In this document: in pieces, positions 35,501 through 45,149 of the stretch | How the letters are laid out: every line of letters begins with the position of its first letter | How positions within the stretch are numbered: position 1 is the stretch's first letter | Origin: an uncultured Methanosarcinales archaeon | Lineage (GTDB): Archaea > Nanobdellota > Nanobdellia > Woesearchaeales > GW2011-AR4 | DNA length: 47,871 nt | NCBI GenBank assembly: GCA_964607225.1 | Contig: CAZSIU010000003.1 | Coordinates: 1-47,871 of the forward strand | Direction of reading: 5' to 3' | Position numbers and translations under genes: made by a program | The notes under the pieces: generated by a model | The model's database searches: none | Told to the model about the DNA's origin: nothing | Seen by the model: the letters and a program-made list of their open reading frames with translations, nothing else

Positions 35501-35893
35501 ATAGAAGAGAAAAAGCCAGTAAGCGAGTTAGAAGAGCTAGAAGAAGCGATAAGAGGCTTAGGCTTGTTTAAAAAAATAGAGAAGGAAAAGATTGGCAAAG
35601 CGAAGCCTGAAGAAATTAAATTAATTGAAGAGAAAAAGCCAAGCATATTTGGAAAACTGTTCAAAAAAGAAAAAATAACAGAAATTCCTATAAAAAAAGA
35701 AAAAACAAAAAGCAAAAAGCTTGAGAAATGTCAAAAAGCATTAGATGAAGTGAAAGAATTAATTGCCAAAAATGATATTACTAAGGCAAAGAAGCTTTAT
35801 GTCAAGGCAAGAGAACTTTATGTTGGTTTAAACTCTGAAGAGAAAAAAGAGCTTTATAATAAACTAATGGAGTTGTACAATAAACTAAGATAG
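32585..35893 (+). CDS. Membrane protein with extracellular Ig-like domains and a long cytoplasmic coiled coil
   Basis: GPYYY N-terminal motif, two TMs flanking a beta-rich region, K/E-rich coiled coil, two helical end-repeats; GAGGTG SD. Confidence 0.8.
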   Translation: MALAFKRYIYKHGKKLGPYYYENIRGPDGKVKTIYVGTNPSHHPQHIIRKPLFFLIIVLLLILILGGSLFLLQNKAYLIKKVRVQEPDFNIDQLLLKVLVRSNEFLEKQVRVMNTGDEQSTINVEVQGLFDIVKIDSNSFTIKPGQTKILSLNFSSYNEEQKIEHHPGVYVGKLIVSSEKASREVPIVVEIETKNVLFDMNLNPVAIERKVKQGSDTTIEVRLFNLQSIESANVDVEYFVKDMNGNTIQTESETVVVKTQASFFKTISIPSNLKPGPYVFAGLARFGNSIGTSSYLFDVIGPEAEASFIQFCKNSVLCLGLSITTLLLLFALMAYLYFFVGAYLYEKVTGVVTIPRKKEEEIEEESVFDKIRNKIEEWKAEREARKAEKEEFEGKDELLRLAEERKKVLAKPSKKLSKFYEVLDQAKDAINKKNISEVKKLYVKANDFYINLPDKEKQQAYRKLLELYKQKNLLAKEFEKEEKIRQKEEKRKAEIESKKEEALRKQRELEAKKVGEEEKRRKQEELKRQKEFERQKAVEESKIREEKLTKQKEEEQRKALEGKRELEEERKRREEQEKLQKELEKQRQEQLKAQKLETIKQIESKLIKNKETIEQLKSELRKLEEDKNILSKKIDEIESDSSKIDDEILEKSKQIDEINEQKSSLLSTYKKQIEELNEKQEAEKITRGLKIRELRAKLAEKQQALMRELEEELSKLGPAKRKKTEKWRRMELKAKLKLDEHDFEEEIKKLESRTTDEKKAIEDNYKSSLKEINKKQNEIKIKISDLEKEKEQIILEKGSIPKELQNKNNQIQKINQQLEYLEKEREQLNAELLKTKSELSKFKGFFSTIISSYKEKAQRRKESKEEIKRLKQEEKLKREEEKRKAKEEKLRFEEVKGKEEKISLGEIELEELEEKKPAEKKPSFFKRLFKKKPELKLELEEEPIAEEKFFGKTKTEKEEVKEIKELEEEKEKIEEKKPVSELEELEEAIRGLGLFKKIEKEKIGKAKPEEIKLIEEKKPSIFGKLFKKEKITEIPIKKEKTKSKKLEKCQKALDEVKELIAKNDITKAKKLYVKARELYVGLNSEEKKELYNKLMELYNKLR

Positions 35894-35907
35894 ATAAAAA
35901 ATAATTT

Positions 35908-36117
35908 TTATCTTAAAGAATCTTCAATTGGCTTTTTTGATTGCTTAACCTCTTTTTGCAAATCAACTCCAAGCTCTTGCAAGTTTTTGATGTGCATCTG
36001 CATCAATTGCTCAACTATTGATAGTATCTTAAGCATCTCTTCCCTCTCTTTTGCTAATGTTGTTAATGCTCCTTTATGGAAGCCAATCTGCTCGTCCTTG
36101 CTTATGTCCTTTGGCAT
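35908..36117 (-). CDS. Small hypothetical coiled-coil protein
   Basis: 69-aa ORF with a minus-strand TATA-like box at ~36140-36147. Confidence 0.7.
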   Translation of the reverse strand: MPKDISKDEQIGFHKGALTTLAKEREEMLKILSIVEQLMQMHIKNLQELGVDLQKEVKQSKKPIEDSLR

Positions 36118-36322
36118 TAGAGAAATTAAAAAGAATTAGTATTTAATGGTTTCTGATTTGTCAAAAACCGCAATTTATATAAGAGTACACATTGCTATCG
36201 CAAATGTTATCAGCGGTTTTTGCCCGAATAAGCGAGCGAAAGCGAGCTTTCGCATGTCACTGCTCAGAAATTTATAATTTCTGACATAAACATTTTTAAA
36301 AATATGGCAATTCCATTATTTT

Positions 36323-37228
36323 ATGACACGAATTTTAGGCATTGTCAAAGAAGGAAAGCTTATTCCAGAAGCGCTTTGGCAGAAATTTGTAAAAGGCTTA
36401 GAAAATAACTTTGATAATTTAGAAACGAACAATGAGAGGGCAAAAAGAGAATTGACTGAAGCGATAGTCCAAGCAGTTAAAAAGAGAATAATACCAAAAT
36501 TTGGAATTTTATTTAGCGGAGGAGTTGATAGCTCTTTAATAGCCTTTGTTGCAAAAAAGCTTAATTGTAAATTTACTTGTTATACTGTTGGAATTCAAGG
36601 TTCTGATGATATTGAATGGGCTAAAAAGGTTGCTGATGAATATGGCTTTAATTTTAAATACAAGCTTTTAAGCTTAGAAGAGCTTGAAAATATCGTGAAA
36701 AATGCAGTTAAAATTCTTAATGATGCAGATATTGTAAAAGTAAGTGTTGGTTCTGTCTTATATGCAGGTGGAAAGCTTGCTTTAGCCGATAACAACAATG
36801 TTTTGTTTGGGGGCTTAGGAAGCGAGGAGATATTTGCAGGCTATCAAAGGCATGAAGATGCTTTAAAAAATGGGATGGAAGCTTTGCACAAAGAATGCTG
36901 GAATGGATTAAAGCAGATGTGGAGCAGGGATTTGACAAGGGATTTCACAATTGCAAAGCATCTCGGCTTAGATTTAAGAACACCATTTCTTGATAAAGAA
37001 CTGGTAAAAGTGGCTATGAGCATACACCCAATGTACAAGCTGGACAAATATAACAAAAAAATAATTTTAAGAGAAGCAGCTGAATTTATTGGCTTAAAGA
37101 AGGAATTTGCATGGCGCAAAAAGCAAGCTGCTCAATATGGCAGTAATTTTGTAAATGGAATCGATAAATTGGCAAAGAAAAATGGATTTAAGTTAAAAAA
37201 AGACTATTTGCAGAGCTTGTTAAGATAA
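36323..37228 (+). CDS. Asparagine-synthetase C-terminal-domain protein (PP-loop ATPase, no glutaminase domain)
   Basis: LFSGGVDSS, GLGSEEIFAGY, RTPFLD, RKKQAAQYGS. Confidence 0.85.
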   Translation: MTRILGIVKEGKLIPEALWQKFVKGLENNFDNLETNNERAKRELTEAIVQAVKKRIIPKFGILFSGGVDSSLIAFVAKKLNCKFTCYTVGIQGSDDIEWAKKVADEYGFNFKYKLLSLEELENIVKNAVKILNDADIVKVSVGSVLYAGGKLALADNNNVLFGGLGSEEIFAGYQRHEDALKNGMEALHKECWNGLKQMWSRDLTRDFTIAKHLGLDLRTPFLDKELVKVAMSIHPMYKLDKYNKKIILREAAEFIGLKKEFAWRKKQAAQYGSNFVNGIDKLAKKNGFKLKKDYLQSLLR

Positions 37229-37267
37229 TTTTTATGTTTTTTTATTGGATTTTTAATGTCTCAATCT

Positions 37268-37408
37268 GCCTTCGGCAAATTCTTGTGCTCGGCGTCACTT
37301 TCCTGTCATTATCGTGACGCCTCGCAATTTATTGTAATTTATACGAGGCGAAAATTTAATGGCAGTAAAATTTTCGCCGAGTGTAAAATTTGTCGGCGAA
37401 GCCGACGG
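37268..37408. repeat. Cluster of GC-rich hairpins between convergent genes
   Basis: GGCGTCAC/GTGACGCC, GGCGAAAATTT/AAATTTTCGCC, GTCGGC/GCCGAC. Confidence 0.55.
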
Positions 37409-37443
37409 ATTGATTTTTTAATAAAATAATTGAAAATAAATCT

Positions 37444-39207
37444 TTAAATTCCCCACATTGAATTTTTTTGCCTCATTATCTCTGCAATCTCTTTCAATAT
37501 GCTTATTTCTTCATGTGTTAAATATTTCTTGAATTCCTTTAGTTTTCTGAACTGCTCTTCTGGTATTGCTGAATACAATATGTCTTCTTCATGAATTTGT
37601 CTGCCTATTGTTACATTTGGCAAAGAAACAGCTACTTGCTTGCCTTTCTCTGCTTTTTCAATGTTTTCCTGCTCTATTTGTATGCTTTTTGCTTCTGTTA
37701 TTGTAATGCCATCTTTCTTCATCAGGGGGGTACCTACATTTAATGTCCCTGATAAGATGTCAACTCCAACAATAGCTGGGTTATTTTGCCTAAAAACATA
37801 GCCTTTCATAATTTGTATTTTGCATGGTCTATGTAAGCCTTCAATTTCTTTTGCTTCTACCTCTTTTCTTGTTTCTTCCTGCCATTTCTCAAAATCCTCA
37901 ATAAGCTTGTATATTACATTATTGCTCAGCACTTTTACATTTTGATGCACTTTAACATCTTGCATCAGCTCAACATTAAAGCCAAGAACAGCTGCTTGCA
38001 AAGGCTCTTTCTCATAATTTGCTTCTGCATCACTTATATCTTTTTTTGAGATGTTGCCTATGCTTGCTTTCTTAATGTCAATATTTTTTTCTTTCAATAT
38101 TTTTATCAGAGCTTCTAATGAGCCGAGAGAATCTGCTTTTATTACAATTCCTTGCTTGTCTGTCTCTATTAATACTTCTTCAACCTCTTTTTGAATTTCT
38201 TCCTTTACTTTTTCTACTTCACTAACTAAGCAACTCCTTAATGGCATCCCTGCAACAACACCGTTAAGCTCAGGTGCAGCTATTTTCACTCCAGTTGCAG
38301 CTGACACCTCTTCAACAGCTTTGAACTTTGCTTTTTTGTCCCGCATCTCTTCTAAAGGCATTGGCTCAAACAACGCTTTTACCTTTGTAACAACTGGTTC
38401 CACTAACGAGCCAATAACTATTGTGTCATTTTGCTTTAGAGAACCATCATAAATAATTACATCAATTGTTATGCCAAGCCCTTTTTCTTCCTTCACTTCA
38501 AGCACAGTACCTTTTGTATTTCCTTTGGTATCAACCTCCAGGCTTTCTTCAAGGAATTTTTGAGACAAACCTGCTAATACCATCAAAAGTTCTGCTAACC
38601 CTTCGCTAGTTTTTGCAGATATTGGAATAATGGCAATCTGTTTTGTATAATCTTCAACTCTATCAAATCTTTCCGAATTGAAACCAAACTCACTAAGCTT
38701 GCCAACAACTTCATAAAGCTTCCTCTCAAGAAGCAAAATAGTATTTTCACTCTGCTTTTTTATGCTTTCTAGTAACGGAATTTTTGAGTTTGATTGCCAT
38801 GCTGGCAACAAATCAATCTTGTTTAATGCTACAACAAAAGGCGTTTTGTATTGCTTAAGTATGTCTATGCATTCTTCTGTTTGAAGCTTTACACTCTCGT
38901 TAATATCAACAACTAGTATCGCTATATCAGCAAGATTGCCGCCTCTTTTTCTAAGATTTGTGAATGCTGCATGGCCTGGAGTATCAATTATAACAAATCC
39001 TGGTATCTTAATAGCAAACTTATATTTCTCAAGTAAATTACCACAAATTTTCTTTATAGTGCTCATTGGTATCAAAGAACAGCCAATGCTTTGGGTTATT
39101 TTGCCTGGCTCTGACTCGAGGATAGCAGTACCTCTAATCGTATCTAATAGCTGTGTTTTTCCTGAATCGACATTGCCAACAACAGTAATTATAAGTTGAC
39201 GTATCAT
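37444..39207 (-). CDS. infB: Translation initiation factor aIF5B (IF-2)
   Basis: GNVDSGKT, ITQSIG, IDTPGHAAF, NKID, KADSLGSLEAL. Confidence 0.95.
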   Translation of the reverse strand: MIRQLIITVVGNVDSGKTQLLDTIRGTAILESEPGKITQSIGCSLIPMSTIKKICGNLLEKYKFAIKIPGFVIIDTPGHAAFTNLRKRGGNLADIAILVVDINESVKLQTEECIDILKQYKTPFVVALNKIDLLPAWQSNSKIPLLESIKKQSENTILLLERKLYEVVGKLSEFGFNSERFDRVEDYTKQIAIIPISAKTSEGLAELLMVLAGLSQKFLEESLEVDTKGNTKGTVLEVKEEKGLGITIDVIIYDGSLKQNDTIVIGSLVEPVVTKVKALFEPMPLEEMRDKKAKFKAVEEVSAATGVKIAAPELNGVVAGMPLRSCLVSEVEKVKEEIQKEVEEVLIETDKQGIVIKADSLGSLEALIKILKEKNIDIKKASIGNISKKDISDAEANYEKEPLQAAVLGFNVELMQDVKVHQNVKVLSNNVIYKLIEDFEKWQEETRKEVEAKEIEGLHRPCKIQIMKGYVFRQNNPAIVGVDILSGTLNVGTPLMKKDGITITEAKSIQIEQENIEKAEKGKQVAVSLPNVTIGRQIHEEDILYSAIPEEQFRKLKEFKKYLTHEEISILKEIAEIMRQKNSMWGI

Positions 39208-39479
39208 TTTTAATCAAAGCAAAGTAAAGCTAATATATTTTTAAACTTATGCCAATAATGCAAATTCGTATACGAATTTGCGGGTTGAAAAATTGCACTA
39301 TCAATTTGTCAATAAGAAAACATTTTTATTAGAAATAAAAGTTCTTTTTGGTTATGTATAAAATTATGATTTTTGGTTTTCTAATATATATTTTCGTATA
39401 GCACTGGACATGCTCACGTATAATATTTAAACCCAAAATCATTTACATAGTTTCAACCAAGAGAAAGTCGATGATTTAA

Positions 39480-41033
39480 ATGAAATCAATTAATCAAAAG
39501 TTAAATAATGTGAATTTTTTAGAAGTAGAAAAATTATCAAAAAATGATAAAGCTACTTTAATAAACGAAACTTCAGTTTATAAAGAATATGCAATCTTAA
39601 AAGATAGTGCTTTAATTTCTGATGAACATTTTGATTTAATCCAAATTCCTAATCTAAGGATTTATGCTGGAAATCTATTAAAATCGATAAGATTGAAATT
39701 AAATTTAACTCAAAAAGAATTTGCTAGAAAATACAAGGTTTCAAAATCTGCTTTAATGCATTGGGAACATAATAGGTCTGCAATAGCTTTAAACACCCTT
39801 GTAGATATAGCAAAAGAAATAGTTTTAACTAAGAAAGATATATACAAATTTATACGAGAAAGAAAAATTTTAACAAAAAAAGGGATTAATTTATTTTTTA
39901 AATATGGATATTTTATTGAAATTTTGCCATTTATTTCTATAAGAAGTAAAAATATTCTAATTATTAAGCAAACTGGTAAAGAATATGTTAAAAAAATCTC
40001 AGAATTATTTAATCTAAAAATTTATTATTCAACTAATAAGCAGTTTGTGATTAATAATGCAGATTTATATAACTTCTTAATTACTTTTTTTGATATAAAA
40101 ATAGACCTAAAAATTAACTTACCTCAGACAAAATTCATTAAAAATTTGAACAATATAGACTTAAGAAAAGCAGTAATATGCCCCTTGTTACAAACAGATG
40201 GTTCTGGTGGTTTAGATAAAAGAAAAAATCTATACGTTGCGTCTTTTAAGAATATAAGTAAAGAATTGCATGATATTTTTGTAGACTCCATTTATGAAAC
40301 TTATGATGGATTTTTGCCAGGATCGTATTTATTAAAAGATAGTATTAAAGATGATAAATATACTGAATGTTATGTAACAAAATATTTTGGAAAACTATTC
40401 CAACCATTATATAAGGATTTAATAAAACTTTGTGGTAATTTTAAAACTTCTAAATGTCATTCTCAAAGTAGTGAAGATTACGAAAAAGAGGATAAGCCTC
40501 ATTTAGATTATCTTCTAAATGCTAAAGAGTTTGAAAAAATTGTTGCATTAAGAATTTGGGCAAGTACAGAAGGAGCAATAATTCCTATGAGAAGAAATAA
40601 AGGGGGTTTGATCGTACCTAAATTGCAGATTTCTTGTTCAAATAAAGATTTACTATTTCAGTTACAAAAGATTGCAACAAGCATAGGTTTGCATTTCACA
40701 GTTAGAAACGAAAAAGGTACAGGTTATAAATGTCTTTATAATATGGCTGTTTCATGTGCTTTATCATTTCTTAAGTTAGGAGGTTTTGTAGATGGAGTTA
40801 AAATATCTAAAAGTAGTAAATATTATGAAGGAGTCAATAAGCAAGATTTAGTTTATGCTACTTTAGAACATATGATTAAAGAAAGAAAAGATGCTTCTCT
40901 AAGAAAATTGCCTATTGTAAAGGTTCATGAATTAATTCGAAATCTAGCTGAAAATAAACAATTCAAAAACTTGAACTATTATATTAAATTCTTTTCTCAG
41001 AATGATAAGGTGCTAAAATGCCTGGTTTGTTAA
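39480..41033 (+). CDS. XRE-HTH plus degenerate double LAGLIDADG-like protein
   Basis: IRLKLNLTQKEFA..WE HTH; ICPLLQTDGS and LRIWASTEGAI resemble LAGLIDADG helices. Confidence 0.6.
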   Translation: MKSINQKLNNVNFLEVEKLSKNDKATLINETSVYKEYAILKDSALISDEHFDLIQIPNLRIYAGNLLKSIRLKLNLTQKEFARKYKVSKSALMHWEHNRSAIALNTLVDIAKEIVLTKKDIYKFIRERKILTKKGINLFFKYGYFIEILPFISIRSKNILIIKQTGKEYVKKISELFNLKIYYSTNKQFVINNADLYNFLITFFDIKIDLKINLPQTKFIKNLNNIDLRKAVICPLLQTDGSGGLDKRKNLYVASFKNISKELHDIFVDSIYETYDGFLPGSYLLKDSIKDDKYTECYVTKYFGKLFQPLYKDLIKLCGNFKTSKCHSQSSEDYEKEDKPHLDYLLNAKEFEKIVALRIWASTEGAIIPMRRNKGGLIVPKLQISCSNKDLLFQLQKIATSIGLHFTVRNEKGTGYKCLYNMAVSCALSFLKLGGFVDGVKISKSSKYYEGVNKQDLVYATLEHMIKERKDASLRKLPIVKVHELIRNLAENKQFKNLNYYIKFFSQNDKVLKCLVC

Positions 41034-41041
41034 ATTTCCCA

Positions 41042-42076
41042 ATGAAAAAAATAAAAGAAAGCTCTGCAGAAATATTCATACCTGCCGAAGAAAAAGTTTC
41101 CAAGCAACTTCCAGTATTTTATAATCCTGCTATGGAATTAAATCGTGATATAACAATACTATTATTACAACAATTTCCGCCCATGAACCTTTGCGATCCT
41201 TTAGCAGCAAGCGGAATAAGGGCGATAAGGTTTGCTAAAGAATTGAAGTATGAGCATATCACAGCAAATGATGTAAACAAAAAGGCAGTTGCTCTGATAA
41301 GGAAAAATATGAGATATAATAAAGTTAACTTTGAAGTTTATAAAAAGGATGCTAACTTATTACTTTTAGAATCTTTTGGGTTTGACTTTATAGATTTGGA
41401 TGTATTTGGCTCGCCTAATTTTATGTTAGATAGTGCCTGCAAGAGACTTGCAAGGGACGGAATTCTAGCAGTTACAGCGACTGACACATCTGCTTTATGC
41501 GGCACATCTCCAAAAGCTTGCTTAAGAAAGTATTGGGCAATGCCAAAAAAAGATGCTATAATGCACGAAACTGGATTAAGAATTCTAATAAGAAAGATTC
41601 AATTAGTTGCTTCACAATACGATAAAGCTCTTTTGCCAATTTTTTCATATTCAAAAGAACACTACATGCGAGTTTTTTTGAAAAATGAAAAAGGAAAGAA
41701 TAAAGTCGATGAGATTTTAAAGCAGCATGGATTTTTTAACGATGCAGGTCCAATGTGGCTTGGAAGGTTATGGAATAAGAATTTAACTAATAAAATATAT
41801 AATAATGCCCTAAAAAATATAATATTCAATAAAAATAAAGAACTAATAAAATTTTTAAAAATAATAAAAGAAGAATCAAAAATAAATGCAGTTGGGTTTT
41901 ATGATTTACATGATATTTGTGAAACAAGCAAAATAAAGCGTTTACAAAAAAAAGAATTTATAATAAATAGAATTAAAAAAGCTGGTTATCAAGCGAGTGA
42001 AACTCATTTCAAGGGAGAAGGAATAAGAAGTAATATCCCGATTAATAGATTAGTTAATTTAATGAGAAATAAATAG
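41042..42076 (+). CDS. trm1: tRNA (guanine-26 N2)-dimethyltransferase
   Basis: VFYNPAMELNRD, AASGIRAIR, IDLDVFGSP, TATD, HETGLRIL, GPMWLG. Confidence 0.92.
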   Translation: MKKIKESSAEIFIPAEEKVSKQLPVFYNPAMELNRDITILLLQQFPPMNLCDPLAASGIRAIRFAKELKYEHITANDVNKKAVALIRKNMRYNKVNFEVYKKDANLLLLESFGFDFIDLDVFGSPNFMLDSACKRLARDGILAVTATDTSALCGTSPKACLRKYWAMPKKDAIMHETGLRILIRKIQLVASQYDKALLPIFSYSKEHYMRVFLKNEKGKNKVDEILKQHGFFNDAGPMWLGRLWNKNLTNKIYNNALKNIIFNKNKELIKFLKIIKEESKINAVGFYDLHDICETSKIKRLQKKEFIINRIKKAGYQASETHFKGEGIRSNIPINRLVNLMRNK

Positions 42077-42107
42077 ATTTTTATATATGTGATTACAAAA
42101 AGTTAAT

Positions 42108-42833
42108 ATGAAAAACAAAACCATTCTAAATATAATAGTATTTTTGATTATTGTTTCTATATTTATAGTTGGGTGTAAAGTTGAGCAAAAAGAAACTATA
42201 GAGACAATAGAAGAAGTTGTTGCTACTGGAGCACTTGTAGTTGAGTCATCACCAAGCTTAGCACAAGTTTACATTGGTGAAGAATATAGAGGAGATACGC
42301 CTCTTAGTTTGTATAACATACCTGTCGGACAATATGATATAACTGTTAAGAAAGAGGGCTTTGTGGATTTCAAAAAGACAATTAATATAAAAGTCGGTAG
42401 AACAGAAGAAATTGATGCAACATTGACACCTGTAGTTAAACCTGAAGCTGAAGAGAAAAAACCAGAAGAACCAACAGAAAAAATGCCTGAAACCCCGGCT
42501 AAGCTAAACAAGATTAAATTAAGCAGTTTTGCAATGTACTATGACTTTGATAAAATGGAGTTTACAGAGCTTAGAACAGAAGGAAGCGACTTATTTTCAA
42601 GAAAATACGACACATATGTTCACTTTACTGCATTAACGCCAACAAAAATAAATGTCATTAATAAGCCAATAAATGAAATTGAGAGAGAAGACTGTATTTT
42701 TGGAGATACTACAGTTACATCAGTTTTTTCTGTACAAACTCTTTGCATCAAAACTGGTTCAGGCATTATTTTAGCAATAGGAGGCATTTGGCAAACAATG
42801 CCAACTGAGATAGAATATGTGCAATTTAGTTGA
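42108..42833 (+). CDS. PEGA-domain lipoprotein
   Basis: IVGC lipobox; LVVESSPSLAQVYIG..GDTPL..GQYDITVKKEGF. Confidence 0.85.
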   Translation: MKNKTILNIIVFLIIVSIFIVGCKVEQKETIETIEEVVATGALVVESSPSLAQVYIGEEYRGDTPLSLYNIPVGQYDITVKKEGFVDFKKTINIKVGRTEEIDATLTPVVKPEAEEKKPEEPTEKMPETPAKLNKIKLSSFAMYYDFDKMEFTELRTEGSDLFSRKYDTYVHFTALTPTKINVINKPINEIEREDCIFGDTTVTSVFSVQTLCIKTGSGIILAIGGIWQTMPTEIEYVQFS

Positions 42834-43074
42834 ACAATTAAATTTTAATTAACAAACATGCGACCCTTTTTCTGCTTTAGCTATATGGGTGCCCCGCCAA
42901 TCTGTCGCACTAGAATGCTGGGTTTTATAGTGCCATAAACAGAAATGGTTTACTTTCTTCATGCCTATTTTAAAATGTCGATAAATGCGTCGCATTTTCG
43001 ATCATGTTCGAAAATCTTCGATTTTCGACAAGTCATTCCGTTTTTGTTGATTTAGTTGTAGAAAATTAAATAAT

Positions 43075-43353
43075 TCAGCCAATAGCCCTTCTAACATCAG
43101 TCACTTCAACAGATTCAACACCGCTAATTTGGATGATTTTGTTTTCTAAAGTTTCTGTATTTCCCTTGCTTTCATCCATAACAAAAATTATATTTAATGC
43201 TTTTAACCCAAATGCTATTGGTTCTATGCTTGTCTTGAACTCTTTAGAGTTGCAAAAATCAACAATCTCTTTTTTTGCCTCAGCTTCTACCTTAGAAAGA
43301 TCCACATCAGTGCTTTGAGGCATTATTCTGAGACTAATAACAACATTAGCCAT
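43075..43353 (-). CDS. ef1b: Archaeal elongation factor 1-beta
   Basis: RIMPQS..DL, EPIAFGLKAL, GVESVEV. Confidence 0.92.
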   Translation of the reverse strand: MANVVISLRIMPQSTDVDLSKVEAEAKKEIVDFCNSKEFKTSIEPIAFGLKALNIIFVMDESKGNTETLENKIIQISGVESVEVTDVRRAIG

Positions 43354-43354
43354 G

Positions 43355-43531
43355 TTAACCAGGACCTTCAAAATTGCAATTTGTACACTTGTATTTTGCA
43401 GCTATCTCCCTGCAATGATAGCATCTGACTATTTCTACTTTGCCGCATTTAGGACACATAAAGCGAGTAGAACCAATTGTATTTGTAATCCTTTTTTTGC
43501 AAGATGTGCATACTGCTTGCTTTTCTGCCAT
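43355..43531 (-). CDS. 58-aa Zn-ribbon protein (DUF1610-like), conserved upstream of EF-1beta
   Basis: Manual translation MAEKQAVCTSC...FMCPKCG..IVRCYHCR...YKCTNCNFEGPG; below the ORF-track cutoff. Confidence 0.9.
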   Translation of the reverse strand: MAEKQAVCTSCKKRITNTIGSTRFMCPKCGKVEIVRCYHCREIAAKYKCTNCNFEGPG

Positions 43532-43698
43532 TTTATTGATTTAGAATTTGAGAATAATTTAAAAAGGTTGTTGTTTTAGATTATTTTTCAATTTTTGGTT
43601 TTTGTGATATCTTTATTAATGTGAATTTAAAGTTGTTTTTTATATTTTTATATTCTTTCTTAACGCAATAAAATCTATTTTAAAAAAACCAATAACTA

Positions 43699-44796
43699 TT
43701 ATTCAATCGAAATTCTTCTTTCTTCTTCATTTACTTTAAAAATCTCTCCAAGAAACTGTTGTATAGTATAAATATTAGTTCTACAATGATTTGTTATTTC
43801 AGAAACTTTCACTATAGAATTCCCAATTAATGCCATAAAAGGCAAAATCTGATCAGCTAAATGCCTGTCAACAGGTGCTTTGCTTTCAATTTCTTTGATT
43901 AAATTTTTAGCAGCTTCTTCTCCAACAATCTCTGCTCTTTTTCCTTGCTCACCTAATGAATCAGCACCAATCCTTATTGGATTGTTTTCATCAATATCTT
44001 CTTTATTTTTTGAAAATATTGCCCAAAGTGTAATGCCAGAGCCTGGTGATAAAGTATCTTGATATTGTGTTGTTATTTGAATTGGTACATCGTATTTTTG
44101 TTTTAATATTGATAGTGTAGATTCTGCTTGACGTTCTGCTACTTTTGCAATTTGTAAATTTCTAGATGCATGAGAAATTCCTTTTATTTGAATTAAATAA
44201 TACTGTTCAATTAAATTATATTTATGTACATTTTGTTTTAAGTAACTATGAAATTCTTCAAAACTAGAAAAATCACTTAGCTTATATTTTGGATTTATTT
44301 TGATTTCAACTTTGCCGTTACCTTTTGGATAGTAGCCTCTTCTCAACAATTTCGCTTCTATTTTTGCAAATCTTTGAAGTTGTGGTAATAAGACATTATT
44401 AAAGTAATCAAATGGTTGGCTCCATTTTGAATCACTTCCGCCGATTAGGTCTATTGTTATTGGTTTTGACACAAACATTGCTGGCAGCAATAAAGCCTGC
44501 ATTAATAATGTAATAGAACCAGCTGTTTCTATGTCTATATTCAAATTTTTAGCAACTAGTTTTTTTGGATAATATTTCAAATATAAAGAGCCAAGTTCTG
44601 CTCCTTCTGCATCTGCATCACATAATTCTTGTAATGATTTAACACAATACAAATGTTGATTTTTTAATCCAGAGTCTTTGCGTCCTTTTCTAATGTCAAA
44701 TATTTCAAATGGTTTTTGAGTTATTGTTGAGAGAGCTAAAGCTACTCTGACTATAGCGCCACCTCCTTCCAAATAAGCACCGTCTATTTTAATCAT
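43699..44796 (-). CDS. rtcA: RNA 3'-terminal phosphate cyclase
   Basis: IDGAYLEGGG, GLKNQH, RGYYPKGNG, VDRHLADQ. Confidence 0.92.
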   Translation of the reverse strand: MIKIDGAYLEGGGAIVRVALALSTITQKPFEIFDIRKGRKDSGLKNQHLYCVKSLQELCDADAEGAELGSLYLKYYPKKLVAKNLNIDIETAGSITLLMQALLLPAMFVSKPITIDLIGGSDSKWSQPFDYFNNVLLPQLQRFAKIEAKLLRRGYYPKGNGKVEIKINPKYKLSDFSSFEEFHSYLKQNVHKYNLIEQYYLIQIKGISHASRNLQIAKVAERQAESTLSILKQKYDVPIQITTQYQDTLSPGSGITLWAIFSKNKEDIDENNPIRIGADSLGEQGKRAEIVGEEAAKNLIKEIESKAPVDRHLADQILPFMALIGNSIVKVSEITNHCRTNIYTIQQFLGEIFKVNEEERRISIE

Positions 44797-44831
44797 AAAA
44801 TAAAAGAAAAATCAGCCAATTATAAATCTTA

Positions 44832-45086
44832 TCAAATATTTTGCACATCAGTCAAGCCTGCGTCCAAGTCACCAAGCTCGTCTGTGCCTAAGTCTTTTTC
44901 AACGGTGTCAACATTATTCAAGTCATTGCCAACTGCGTCCACAACAGCTTCTCCTGTTGCTGGCGCTTTCTCCATAACATCTGTTTTCTTTTCCATCACA
45001 TCCTGCTTAGCCTGCTGACATGCAGCAATAGAAATGACAATTAGAACAAAAAATAAAAACAAAATTTTTTTCATTTTATCTACCAC
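44832..45086 (-). CDS. Small acidic lipoprotein
   Basis: MKKIL..IAAC lipobox. Confidence 0.7.
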   Translation of the reverse strand: MVDKMKKILFLFFVLIVISIAACQQAKQDVMEKKTDVMEKAPATGEAVVDAVGNDLNNVDTVEKDLGTDELGDLDAGLTDVQNI

Positions 45087-45149
45087 TTTTAAGACTCTGT
45101 TTTCTTTTAATATTTAAACTTTTCTTTAAAAAATAAATAAAAAAATAAA

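Noticed and set aside
33610-35715. S/F/L-rich minus ORFs
   Set aside because: Mirror of the K/E-rich coiled coil.
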